From NCBI RefSeq assembly GCF_004010195.1, contig NC_057750.1, positions 15,308,537 through 15,372,536 of the forward strand: 64,000 bases of DNA. Reading direction: 5' to 3'. The translations under genes and the position numbers were made by a program. Source of the DNA: Chiloscyllium plagiosum (Eukaryota). Positions 38,455 to 50,193 of this stretch are shown piece by piece. Position 1 is the stretch's first letter. Each line of letters begins with the position of its first letter. The notes beneath the pieces are model-generated. The model worked only from the letters and a program-made list of their open reading frames with translations, had not been told where the DNA came from and ran no database searches.

Positions 38455-39500
38455 AATTGCCTGGCCTTCAGGACAGCACCATACAACCCTGTCACGGCAG
38501 ACACTGCAGGACGTGTCAGAGTGTCGACACAGATATCACCATTATATGTGGGGCACCACCGACCATCTACGCGGCCAATGTTGTCTATCTCATACGCTGC
38601 AGGCAAAGATGCCCTGAGGCAGGTCACACTGGTGACAGAGCAAAAGCTATAGCAACGGATGAATGGACACTGCATAACTACCACCAGCCAGGAGTGTTCC
38701 CTACCAGTTGGGGAACACTTCACCGGTCCGGGACATTCAACCTTAGACCTTCAGGTGACCATGCTCCAGGGCAGACTCCGGGACAGGCAACAATGCAAAG
38801 TGGCCCAGCAGAGGCTGATAGCCAAGTTTGGTACCCATGAGGATGGCCTCAACCGGGACCTTGGGTTCATGTCACAGTACACGTGAGCCCACTACACTAT
38901 ACACACACTCTCTCTCTCTCTCTCTCTCTCCTCACCACCCACCCCCCCCCCCCCCCCCCCCCGACACTCACACACAAACTTATACCCCATTATACGCTCA
39001 CAGACAAACACAGACACTCTGCCCCCACTGTGCGCACACAAGTTTGTGGGGTGAATTTGTACTTGCAGAATTACATTTTATTTTGCTCAAAAACTGCATA
39101 AATCCATGTAAAATTCTGTAACTCCCGCTTTAGAGATAGAATCAGTCTGACCTAATATTGGGACACACACCTTCACACCTTCAATGAAATATCTGAGCTG
39201 AGATGGCACCTATTGTTAAAAGCTATCTTGAGAATGTAACTTTAAAATGTTCTGGGATTTACATATCAAGGAACTGAAACTAACATGATCATTCTAAAAG
39301 ATGAAATATCTCAGATAAATGTGTTTAATATTACATTCCATGACGCTGCATTCCTGTTGCTATAAAGTTTGTATCATTTGATTCTGTTCCACAACCACCT
39401 GATGAAGGAGTAGTGCTTCGAAAGCTAGTGATTCCAAATTAGCCTGTTGTGTGATTTTTAACTTTGTCCACCCCAGTCCAACACAGGCACCTCCAAGTCA
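38455..39500 (+). mobile_element. 5'-truncated Neptune-type Penelope-like element (Cys motif + GIY-YIG remnant + pLTR)
   Basis: PCHGRHCRTC...NVVYLIRCRQRC...MNGH...PVGEHF...QRLIAKFGTHEDGLNRDLGFMS. Followed by (CT)n/poly-C, a 3' region and a hammerhead motif at 39396-39430. Possible decayed TSD ttactgaaaca / tcaccgaaaca. Confidence 0.85.
39396..39430 (+). ncRNA. Minimal hammerhead ribozyme motif (Penelope pLTR type)
   Basis: cac-CUGAUGA-a-ggagu(agu)gcuuc-GAAA-gc-UA-gug: catalytic core intact, 3-bp stem I, palindromic AGCU in place of stem III. Activity untested. Confidence 0.65.
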
Positions 39501-39622
39501 TCACCGAAACATGGGAGTGACTCAAATGAATAGCACTAAACGCATTTCAGAGATGCTAGGCAAGAATGAGGGAGAATGGAACAGATGGTTATTTGACTTG
39601 GGGAGCCACCAGTCTAAAACTA

Positions 39623-40013
39623 AAACATTAAAAACCACAACACCAGGTTATAGTCCAACAGGTTTAATTGGAAGCACTAGCTTTCGGAGCGCCACTCCTT
39701 CATCAGGTGGTTGTGGAGGACACAATTGTCAGGCACAGAATTAATAGCAAAAGTTTACAATGCGATGTAACTGAAATTATAGATTGAAAAATACCTTAAT
39801 TATTTGTTAAGACGCTCATCTGTTAGAATGACTATTTACATCACACTGTAAACTTTTACTATAAAGTGTGTCTTACAACTGTGCACTCCACAACCACCTA
39901 ATGAAGGAGCAGCTCTCCAAAAGTTCGCGCTTCCAATTAAACCTATTGCACCACAACCTGGTGTTATGATTTGTAACTTTGACCACCCCAATCCAACACC
40001 GGCTCCTCCAAAT
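39623..40013. mobile_element. Penelope-derived fold-back insertion with TSD
   Basis: Arms about 39628-39770 and 39836-39977 are inverted. TSD cagtctaaaacta at 39610-39622 and 40014-40026. Confidence 0.85.
39675..39709 (-). ncRNA. Minimal hammerhead ribozyme motif, sense to the MTA pre-mRNA
   Basis: Reverse complement reads cac-CUGAUGA-a-ggagu(ggc)gcucc-GAAA-gc-UA-gug. Confidence 0.7.
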
Positions 40014-40213
40014 CAGTCTAAAACTAGGTCCCCCTTGAGAGTTCAGCTATCACTTCTCTGCTTTCCTTGCACTGACCTCAGCATCCCTCAACGGATAGCC
40101 TTGCTGAGGTGTCTTATCCTCATCCTCACCACTTAGGCCATAAGCAATGGATGCTGACATTCTTTCTTCTTTCAAAGGCCTGATCTGGTTTATTTGGGTA
40201 GTCTGATATCAGA

Positions 40214-40446
40214 GCTGGAAATGTGTTGCTGGAAAAGCGCAGCAGGTCAGGCAGCATCCAGGGAACAGGAGAATCAACGTTTCGGGCATAAGCCCTTCTT
40301 CAGGAATCTTCCTGATTCCTGAAGAAGGGCTTATGCCCGAAACGTCGATGCTCCTGTTCCCTGGATGCTGCCTGACCTGCTGCGCTTTTCCAGCAACACA
40401 TTTTCAGCTCAGATCTCCAGCATCTGCAGTCCTCACTTTCTCCTCC
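40214..40446. mobile_element. Near-perfect 97-bp-arm hairpin element (Penelope pLTR-derived) with TSD
   Basis: 40212-40308 vs 40314-40410 inverted, 5-nt loop ttcct. TSD tagtctgatatcaga at 40199-40213 and 40447-40461. Confidence 0.9.
40319..40346 (+). ncRNA. Minimal hammerhead ribozyme core (mirrored on the minus strand at 40276-40303)
   Basis: CUGAAGA-a-gggc(uuau)gccc-GAAA-cg-UC. Stem I is weak. Confidence 0.55.
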
Positions 40447-40980
40447 TAGTCTGATATCAGACCTTCCTATCAGGCACCACTTCCCTAACCCTAGTTGTTC
40501 ACATATTCTCTATTCAGAATAATTTAATTTCCTCAATCATACACCTTCTTAGTGTCTCATTAAATAATTACTAACCATTTACTCTCATACGCAATGGCTA
40601 CTTTTTAAAACATAGCAATGTGAAAATTTCTATTGCGATGAGGAAAGATAAATTCATTAGTCTACCTTCCTCGTAGTCACATGTTACAAAGATAATGGTG
40701 TTAACTTATCACAGTTATCAACTCCATCAATTAAATCAACAACAGATTGAGATATACTATGAGGAAAGCCCCAGTGATAGTGCGCTCTGGGAACTGTAAA
40801 TGCAAAGCCATTTTCCCCCTCAAGCCTGCAATACATCTCAAACAATTCATATGTACATCCCAAAAGATTACATTCTGAAAGTAATGACTGCAACTAAATA
40901 AGCATTGACTGTTTCCACCACTCTCCCAAAGAAACTGGTTCCATGTATTGACCAATCTCAGTACTATATTAGGCAAATGT

Positions 40981-41146
40981 GAAGATTGCAGATGGTGGAG
41001 ATTAGAGTCGAGAGTATGGCGCTATAAAAGCACAGCAGGTCAGGCAGCATCGTGATGAAGGGCTTTTGCTCGAAACGTCGATTCTCCTGCTCCTCGGATG
41101 CTGCCTGACCCGCTGTGCTTTTCCAGCACCATACTCTCAATCTCTG
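40981..41146. mobile_element. Short fold-back element, same family as 40214-40446
   Basis: aaagcacagcaggtcaggcagcatc ... gatgctgcctgacccgctgtgctttt arms around a degenerate hammerhead core (gtgatgaagggcttttgctcgaaacgtc). Confidence 0.75.
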
Positions 41147-41360
41147 ATTAGATTCCCTACAGTGTGGAAACAGGCCCTTTGGCCCAACAAGTCCACACTG
41201 ACCCTCTGAAGGGCACCCTACCCAGACCCATTTCCCTCTGACGAATGCACCTAACACTATGGGCAATTTAGCATGGCCAATTCATCTAACCTGCACATCT
41301 TTGGATTGTGGGAGGAAACCAGAGCACCCGAAGGAAACCCACGCAGACATGGGGAGCATG
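41147..41360 (-). mobile_element. V-SINE/HE1-like SINE, 5'-truncated
   Basis: Reverse complement of the 3' two-thirds of the SINE at 49613-49966. Confidence 0.85.
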
Positions 41361-44179
41361 TATTAGTTAACAGTATTGGTTAACCAGTACAGGTTCACTA
41401 AACTACTGTTTCTGTATACCGGTTGAGCATTTTCCTGCCAGGTGCAGGTCGGATATTCAGGGACTACTGTACTCGACAAGGTAAATCAACTTATCATAAT
41501 CCACACTGTCCAGGCCCTTCAGAATTCGAAAAACAGAAAAAGTTTCTCCCTTCTCCCTTCTGGGAAGACTATGTCCAATTAACCCACACTGCACAGGTCA
41601 CATGGCTTCCCTCAGTGCCACACGTTTCAATGGCTCTGACAAGATTACTGAGTGACTTAATGGTTAATCTCTCAGAGATAGCAACTTTGGAAGACATATC
41701 AAAAATATATCTTCCAAATGAGAGGGTTAAAAAGGTCCACCTAAAGGATGTCAAGTTAACGAGAAAGAATCAACCATTATATAAAGGCAGAACACAGAGC
41801 CAATACTATGCAGGGGCACATTCATTTAACTGTTTAATGTACGGTGCAATGCCAGCTCCAGGCTTGATTTTGCAATGGGCCTTTTGCTAATCAGACGTCA
41901 CTGTCAGAACAAAGGCTAGTTACATAAGAACAAGAGCAATGTTCCCAACTTTTGAAAAAAACTGGCAGCCACAATCACAACTAATGACAAACTCAACAAT
42001 TACTCCAGGGAATACTGCAAAACACTGCTGGGGTCTGGGTCTGCAATTCTCCACAACCAACTCCGGATTTCAATTTTGCCACAATGGATAGTTGCCAACT
42101 GGAGGCCAGGCACTTCCTTCAATTTTCAGGCTAACTCGTTTTTAGCATTTTAACTGAATCCACATGTAAACACTGCAAGGAACCCGAAAGGTGGTTTGAT
42201 ACAGAAAGTGGCATTGATGCAGAGAGATGTAATGCAAGAAAACAGCTTTTCATCCAAGTGTACATAAACACCAATCACAAAAGGCCACATTATGCACTGC
42301 CTTCTGCATAAGACCCACAAAAAGTCATACTCTGAATGGAAGAGCAACATAGTTCAGCTCCTTTACACAGATATCATGACTAATTGGCAATGCAGCCAGT
42401 GTAACAAGCCCATCTACACAGTAACTGATGCATCCAAACAATGAAACAACTATAAATGCAAATGAAGCACAAAAACCAAAAGGGTGAATTATGTATTACA
42501 CAGAATGAGCTTTACAGACACAGCTATTTGAACTCTTTCTTCCCCCGCCAAAAAACAATCTTTCCAAGAACAGGATTTTATCTTTTTTTTTTGACCGCCA
42601 GGGGGTCGTGAAGGGAAGGGGAGAGATAATGTATATTATTGCAACATCCTTCAAAACAATCTATGCAAACTACATTTCTGAAGCAGCAACAACACCCTCG
42701 AAAGACAAAGGGGTCATTCAGTGACAATGCAGGTTGCTGCTCGACAATGTGCCACGTGTGGTAGAGACACACAATTCCTCAGCCAGCAGCACAGGATTCC
42801 ATCTGCTGCAGCCGTTAACCAGGGGATTAGAGTGCACTTTAATCAGCTCTGAAAACCTATCGGGAAAATTCAGTGTGTTTTAACACAGCAGGGAAAATCC
42901 CAAAAGCCAAAACAAAATGGGATTACTAATAAAGGCTGTTGTGGGGTCCCAGATGCAATCTGAAGACAGGACATGGGAGCAGTGGCCTATTCAGACTTCT
43001 GGGCTTCCTGCACTGTTTAGTAAGATCAGGCTGGTCTGACTGCGGTAGCCTCAACACCGCCTCACCTCTCCCCACTCCTAGCGGGGCCCCCTACCCCTCA
43101 CACCTCACCCTCCCATTCTTTACCTAGGTTTAAGTCTCCTCCACAAGAAAGGGCATTCCCTGGTGCGCATTCCAAGTTTCTGCAAAATTTCACACTTGAA
43201 TAAGATCACCTCTCAGTCTTCCAAACTCCAATGGGTAAAGGCCCAAACCGTCCAGCCTTTGTTCATGCCAGACTTCGTCCCAGGAATGAGTTGTGAGAAT
43301 TTCTCTGAACCACTACTACTAATGCAATAATCTTTTTAAAAAGATAAGAATGCAAATACTACAGACAGCAACTGACGATCTGGTCTCCTGTAGGCACTGT
43401 ACAGTTGTACAATTGTTTCAGGCAGTCAGATTCACCATAAATGACCAAGAAATAGAAGCAATAATAAATTGGAATATTACTAGGGGTGTCATTTGCACAG
43501 AAAGGTTCTCAAAGAATTTGAAGTCCTGAATCTTTTACATAAAAAAAGACTAAATCGAGGCTAAAATGTCAATAGTCATAGCAATTGGTTTACAGTTAGA
43601 ATCTCATCAGCTGCCCTCCCAAGGATGCAAACTCCTGGTCGGGTTCTGACCATGGGTACTGTGACACCTCACCTAAACAGTCAGGCTTGACAAATGAATG
43701 TGCATAGCTGGTACCCACAGGATATGTCACCTTGTAGGTAGTAAAGCCAAACTGAAGCTTTCCCAACTCATGGACAGACAGGCTAGACAGGAACCACCAA
43801 ATGCCAATTAGGAACAAGCACAGAAGTCCTGTCAAGAGAGAAAATCGACAACCACTGCCTGACTGATTACAGTTCAGTAAATCGGGAATCAAAATCCATC
43901 ACATTCTGCTGACAGTTAGTGACTCCGTGTTATGGTCACCTGATGGCAAATGCATTATTGAAGCAGCAAAGGAGTCACACAATCACTGTGCTCGTCAACA
44001 CCCAAGTAACACACAGTCCACCACCACAGTACCTGCTGGAACACCACACTCAATCCACAAATTTAAGAGATATCGTAACTACACTGAACTGTTCATCATG
44101 CTTTCTCAGGCTAATAGAAGGCTCTAACAGAAAAAGACAATGGACAAGCAATTGGAAAAGCAAAGTTTAAGAGGAGCAA

Positions 44180-46160
44180 TGATGTGGAGGTGCCCATGTT
44201 GGACTGGGGTGGACAAAGTTAAAAATCACAACCCCAGGTTATAGTCCAACAGGTTTATTTGGAAGTACAAGCTTTTAGAGCACTGCTCCTTCGTCAGATA
44301 TCTGGTGGAGCAGGATCATAGGACACACAATTTATAGCAAACGATCATAAGCTCATACAACTGATGTGATGTATTGAACAAACCTAGATTGCTGTTAAAT
44401 CTTTCAAACTGGGTTGCAGGTTTCGACTCATTAATATATAAATTCCAGAACTTCTTTCAAGTCACATTCCCGAGATAACTTAAGGTTTTATAACAAAAGG
44501 TGACATCTCGGCTCAGACAATGCATTAAAGGTGTGAGGTTAGAGTCTGCCTGTATTCCAATCTTGAGTCAGACTGGTTCTATTTCCAAAGTAGGAATTTA
44601 TAAAATGTCGCATGGATTGACTGCCTAAAGATTTCATGCTTTTTGAACAAAATAGCATGCATCTGCAAATGCAAATTCACCCCATAGACTTATGTGCGTG
44701 CGCAAGAGAGAGAGAAAGCATGCAAGAGAGCGATCGCGCAAGACAGCGTGAGCGAACGAGATAGAGTGAGAGAGACGAGAGAGCGCGCGTGCGCACGCGG
44801 GCATGCTTGATAGCATTTGTGCACCTGTGTGATGGAGTATATGCTTGTGAGAGGGTGTGCGCATGGGTGAGAGTGTAGGGGGTGGGTGTGCGCGCGTGCC
44901 TGCGTGCCTGAGTGTGTGCGCGCATATGAGAGAGGGTCTGTGAGAGAGTGAGTATTTAAGTTTGTGTGTTTGGGTGCTTGTGATGACCCAAAGGCATGGT
45001 ACTTTGGTGAAACAAAGCAGGTGCTATGACAACTGATGAATGGAAACCACGCAACAATCGCCAGCCAGCGATGTTCCCTCCCAGTCAGGGAACACTTCAG
45101 CGGTCAGGGACAACGGCCTCAGATCTTCGGGTGACCATCCTCCAAGGCGTACTACCGGATACGCAACAACACAGAGTTGCCAAGCAGAGACTGATAGCAA
45201 AGTTTGGCACCCATGAGGGTGTCCTCAACTGGGACCTTGGGTTCATGTCACACCTCGGGTGACCCCAATACACTATACACATACAGACACCCCCACCGTC
45301 TCATAGACATATACTCCATCACACACACTATCAAGCACGCGTGCGCACACACTCTCCCTGCCACACACACAAGTCCATGGAATGACATGCATTTGCAGAA
45401 TTGTAATTGCAGATGCATTCTATTTTGTTCAAAAAGCACGCAATCTGTCGGTAGTCAATCCGTAACACTTTATAAATTCCTACTTTGGAAATAGAACCAG
45501 TCTGACTCAAGATTGGAATACAGACTCTGACCTCACATCTTTAATGCATTGTCTGAGCCAAGATGTCATCTTTTGTTATAAAACCTTAAGTTATCTCGGG
45601 AATGTGACTTGAAAAAAGTTCTGGGATTTACATATTAATGAATCGAAACCTGCAACCCAGTTTAAAAGGTGAAAGACTTAACAGCAAGCTAGGCTCGTTC
45701 AATATATCGCATCAGTTGTATGACACTACAATCTTCTGCAATAAATCATGTGTCCTATGATCCTGCTCCACCAGATATCTGACGAAGGAGCAGTGCTCTA
45801 AAAGCTTGTACTTCCAAATAAACCTGTTGGACTATTTATGGGTGGCACGGTGGCACAGTGGTTAGCACTGCTGCCTCACAGCGCCAGAGACCCAGGTTCA
45901 ATTCCCGCCTCAGGCGACTGTGCAAACTCCACACAGTCATTCTCCCCGTGTTGGCGTGGGTTTCCTCCCACAGTCCAAAGATGTGCAGGTCAGGTGAATT
46001 GGCCATGCTAAATTGCCTGTAGTGTTAGGTGAAGGGGTAAATTTAGGGGTATGGGTGGGTTGCGCTTCGGCGAGTCGGTGTGGACGTGTTGGGCCGAAGG
46101 GCCTGTTTCCACACTAAGTAATCTGATCTAATCATTACCTGGTGTTGTGTGATTTCTAAC
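44180..46160. mobile_element. 2-kb Neptune-type Penelope fold-back element with TSD and nested SINE
   Basis: Arms about 44218-44700 and 45363-45835 (+46137-46160) are inverted. Central GIY-YIG remnant at 45000-45262 (DLRVTILQG...QRLIAKFGTHEGVLNWDLGFMSHL). TSD taagaggagcaa at 44168-44179 and 46161-46172. Confidence 0.9.
45840..46133 (+). mobile_element. tRNA-derived V-SINE/HE1-like SINE
   Basis: Pol III A box (tggcacagtgg) and B box (ggttcaattcc), aatct-type tail. Splits the ggactat|aacctggtgtt sequence of the host arm. Confidence 0.9.
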
Positions 46161-46307
46161 TAAGAGGAGCAACTGAAACCAGTTCAGCAAGGTATTATCC
46201 TGAAGCATTCCCCACTTGCTGAATGACTTATTGCAAGCACACGGTCACTAGTTTCTCAGGTATTGGGCACCCTTCCATTTAAATAGTGGATTTTTACATT
46301 TGCGTAC

Positions 46308-46375
46308 CTTATTTAGTTCCTCGATTCTTCGAATTAGAAAAGGGTTGCTTGATGAATTCTCAAAGTAGACATAAT
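46308..46375 (-). CDS. MTA1: MTA-family gene, coding exon 2 equivalent (start of BAH domain): (D)[22 protein letters not shown]
   Basis: Translated by hand on the minus strand (not in the ORF track). 68 bp, flanked by cag / gtacgc. Near-identical to the MTA1/2/3 N-terminus. Paralog assignment is tentative. Confidence 0.95.
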
Positions 46376-47955
46376 CTGGAATTAAGACAATAAGACTTTA
46401 TTACCAAGTGTACAAACTCGTACATCTCCTTTTAATGGACTATTACAAGAATCACCCACAATTGAGCTGGTGTCATCATGCAATTTGTGATGAGCTCATC
46501 ACAACTCAGACCAAATAATGTTACTTGCATCACAGCAAGATGCTTTTGGTAGGACAGCATTTAAACCAACATGTGGCAATTACACATATTGTACAGTGGT
46601 CTGAGAAGATCATCACTGCAGATTGCTCCATCATCACAGGCCGGCACGGCCAAAGGTATTTCATCCTAGTATGACAGCGCTCAAAATACTCTTTCCAGAT
46701 TGAGCATCCAATAATGATAAAATGTATAAACATAAAAGTGATTTCACAGCTCAAGTTGATTCAGATTTTACACAGATATGATTACATCACTCTCAGTCCA
46801 CAATTATTTCATTCAAATCATAACCAGCAGAATACAAAGAGATATTTTGTATTCATTCGTGGGAGGTGGATACCACGGGTTGGGCCAGCACGTAGTGCCC
46901 ATCCCTTGTTGCCCTTTATAAGATGGTGGTATTCATCCTTTCACGCACCAGGGACTAATGTGCTTGGAAAACTATTGAAGAGTGAGAGAATGCAAGACAG
47001 GGTTTTATAGATACACTAAGCCAAAAGGCATCAGTTGCCAAGACTGAGAACAGGAAAATCTCCTTCAGAGCAAGCAAGTAGAGAAGCAAAGAAAATCATT
47101 CAAAATCAACTGCATGACGTGTGCAAATGTGCCTGAGATGGATGGCAGAGGACAGACTGATTGCCCTCCTCCATTCTGGTTTCTGGGTGAACACTTGGCT
47201 TTTCTGAATTTAACCACATTAACAAGTTAATAATGCCATGAGCAAGCAAAGAAACCTGTGGCCCTATCCACTGATTCAACTGCTGTGCATCACTAGAATC
47301 TATTCCTAATAGGACACAGCCCAGCTTCATACATTGGTGATACTCACATCATACTTGTTCCAAGTGAGATGACAGTATCTGGCTTCTACCAGCTACAAGG
47401 ACAAGGTTAGCAGATATGGGGGGACACAATCTGAAAATTCTCCTCATTGCCACACACCATCCAGAACGTATCACCGTTCTTTCACTGTTAAAGTCAAAGC
47501 CTAGAACACGCTTCCCAACACCACTGTGGGCATCCTGACACCGTGTGGATTGCAGCTGTTCAAAACAGCAGCTCACCACTTTCTCGAGGGCAATTCAGGA
47601 TGGCCAATAAATGCTGGCCTCTGCAGTAAAAACCACATCCCATGAAACAACGGAAAGAAAATGGAAAATAGCAAATCTTCATTATGCACGGGGGATAGGA
47701 AACAGACTTCCTGTAGATAACAAAAACGCAGATACTGCTCCCACGTAACTCTATGTACCCCAACAGACCACATGATCAGACCAGGTGAGTCAACTACAGT
47801 GTAAGAAAGAATGGGGTTTGGAGCCAACATCCTGAATACATGGAGCCATGGCTAGCAAATCCATGGCCAGAAAGTGACTAAGAACTGATCATTTTAAACA
47901 TTACTCGTGCTCAGACTAAACATCTTAGCAATGCTGGAGGTGGAGTAGCTAAGGA

Positions 47956-48243
47956 GAGTCATAGAATTGTTGAGTTATAAGGGTCTACAGCACACAAACA
48001 AGCCCTTTGGACTGACTTGCTCATGCCACCCAGTTTTCACAATTAATCTCGTCCCATTTGCCTACGTTTAGTCCATATCCCTCCATACCTATCCCATCCA
48101 TGTATTTGTCCAAACGTTTCTTAAAAATTGCACTCCCCTCCACAACTTCCTCTGGCAGCCTGTTCTGTGTGGAAAAAAAAAAGATTGTCCCTCTGGACCC
48201 TTTTGTATCCCTCCCCCTCACCTTAAACCTATGCCCTCTAGTT
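47956..48243 (-). mobile_element. CR1 LINE 3' end
   Basis: TRGHRFKVRG...RLPEEVVEG...FKKRLDKYMDG in ORF 48021..48332. Confidence 0.8.
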
Positions 48244-49190
48244 TTATTTACCATCGCTCTGGATCCTCTGGTATGCTCTCTGGAGAAGGCCAACTCAGGA
48301 GTTGCCATGCCTCTGGGTGGCAGAAGAGTCAACTGCTCAACTAAAACTGGACCAGATCATCCGTAACGCCACAAAAGAATTCCTCCACCTTCCACCTCAG
48401 ACCGCTGATGGAGTCCTGTATATCAGCAACGGGAACGGCTGTCTAGGCACCCCAAAACTGGAGGTGCAAATTCCATCCGTGATTGTTCGCAAACGCAAGG
48501 CACTCGAGATGTCCAGTTATGTTATAATTCGGGCCTCCTTTCAATATAAAGGAGAATGCAATACAGACACCGTTGCAGGACTGCGTGAACGCAAAGTTCT
48601 TAAAGAAATTGAAGATTTCCTACTGAGCAGCCAAAACGGCGGCAAAGAGGAAATGGACCCGATGACCCACATCCAGGCCATCATGCCAGCACTTCAGTAG
48701 GCAGACGCTGGGCAACAGAAGGTGTGAGACGGCACTCGAGACCAATCTCACACATCTCAGGATGCTGTCCATTTGTCAAAAATGCTCAGATAAAATGCCA
48801 TAAGATTGCTGACCAGCTGCAAAAATGTCAGTAAGTATGGCTGGACATCATAAGTGCAGCCCAGATTTGCAAAAGACGGCTCACTGTAGAAACCCAATCT
48901 TATATTCAAGAAAGATCAAAAGATTGTGGTAGTAGATGTCGCAGTGGAGTATGAGAATGACAGTAAAGCACTGGAAATGGCATGGCGTGAGAAAAGTAAA
49001 AAATGTAAACACCTTTTTGCCGAGATAAAGGAATTGATGAGGGGCTCGGAATCCAAGCACTTCGGCTTAGTGATGGGCGCACGAGGCAAATGGCTAGGCA
49101 TGAATAAGATTCCATACCTTCACCCAAAAGACATCAAAACTCACATTAATATCAACACTCGAATTGTTACAACTCTTCAGTGATAAGTGA
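48244..49190 (+). mobile_element. Decayed, internally deleted R2-clade (RLE-type) non-LTR retrotransposon fragment
   Basis: LFTIALDPLVCSLEK (RT); LDQIIRNATKEFLHLPPQTADGVLYISNGNGCLGTPKL (thumb); RRCETALET/ISHISGCCPFVKNAQIKCHKI (CCHC knuckle + RH-like); KPNLIFKK..VVVDVAVEYE..A..EK..FGLVMGARGKW (restriction-like endonuclease). Contains stops and frameshifts. Confidence 0.85.
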
Positions 49191-49612
49191 GCAAACTACT
49201 GTTAGCCAGCTCTGGCCGGAGACAAAGATCGCCCAACCCCCACCGAAAAAAAAAATAATAAAATTTAAAAAAAAACAGGGGCGCTGATCCACCCACACCA
49301 TGATCAGTCTGACTACAGACTGATGGAGGACCAACAATACCCGAGCCTCATATAACATCAGTACCACTCCAGCCCTTGGCCTGTGGTGATGCTAGAGAGT
49401 CCAAAACATCAACAAGCGACGTAAAGTATCAAAAAAGGCACTCGTGAGTGTTTCAAAGTAGCTCGCGTTTGGTCAGGATTGAAGAGAAGACAATTTGGCA
49501 ACCCCACTCAGGGACTCAAGTGTGGCATGATCTAGGAACTTACAACAGACACCTTCAGCATATCTTGGATTCAATCACTACTCTGAAATCCTTGGAACAA
49601 AATACTAATTAG

Positions 49613-49966
49613 TGGGCGGCACGGTGGCACAGTGGTTAGCACTGCTGCCTCACAGGGCCAGAGACCCGGGTTCAATTCCCGCCTCAGGCGACTGACTGTG
49701 TGGAGTTTGCACGTTCTCCCCGTGTCTGCGTGGGTTTCCTCCGGGTGCTCCGGTTTCCTCCCACAGTCCAAAGATGTGCAGGGTCAGGTGAATTGGCCAT
49801 GCTAAATTACCCATAGTGTTAGGTAAGGGGTAAATGTAGGGGTATGGGTGGGTTGCGCTTCGGCGGGGCGGTGTGGACTTGATGGGCCGAAGGGCCTGTT
49901 TCCACACTGTAAGTAATCTAATCTAATCTAATCTAATCTAATCTAATCTAATCTAATCTAATCTAA
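49613..49966 (+). mobile_element. Full-length tRNA-derived V-SINE/HE1-like SINE with (TAATC)n tail
   Basis: A and B boxes, conserved body, about 10 TAATC units at 49914-49966. Looks young. Confidence 0.92.
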
Positions 49967-50193
49967 CTTACTTCAGTAACACAGCGTGCTGATCCTTGCC
50001 CCTGCGATTTTACACAGGGGCAAACCTTTATCGTTCAGCAAGAGTAAAGAACCTTTTTCAAGAACCACAGGAACTGTGAAGGGGATTAGCAAAAAATGAT
50101 TCAGGCAAACTGTTTACTGTGCTGCGGAGTCCATAGAATTCGGGGTGGATAATTAAAAATAGAAGGAAAATCATGGGAAACTTTTCCAGTCAA

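Noticed and set aside
49613..49690. tRNA gene
   Set aside because: The A/B boxes belong to a tRNA-derived SINE head that continues into SINE body and tail.
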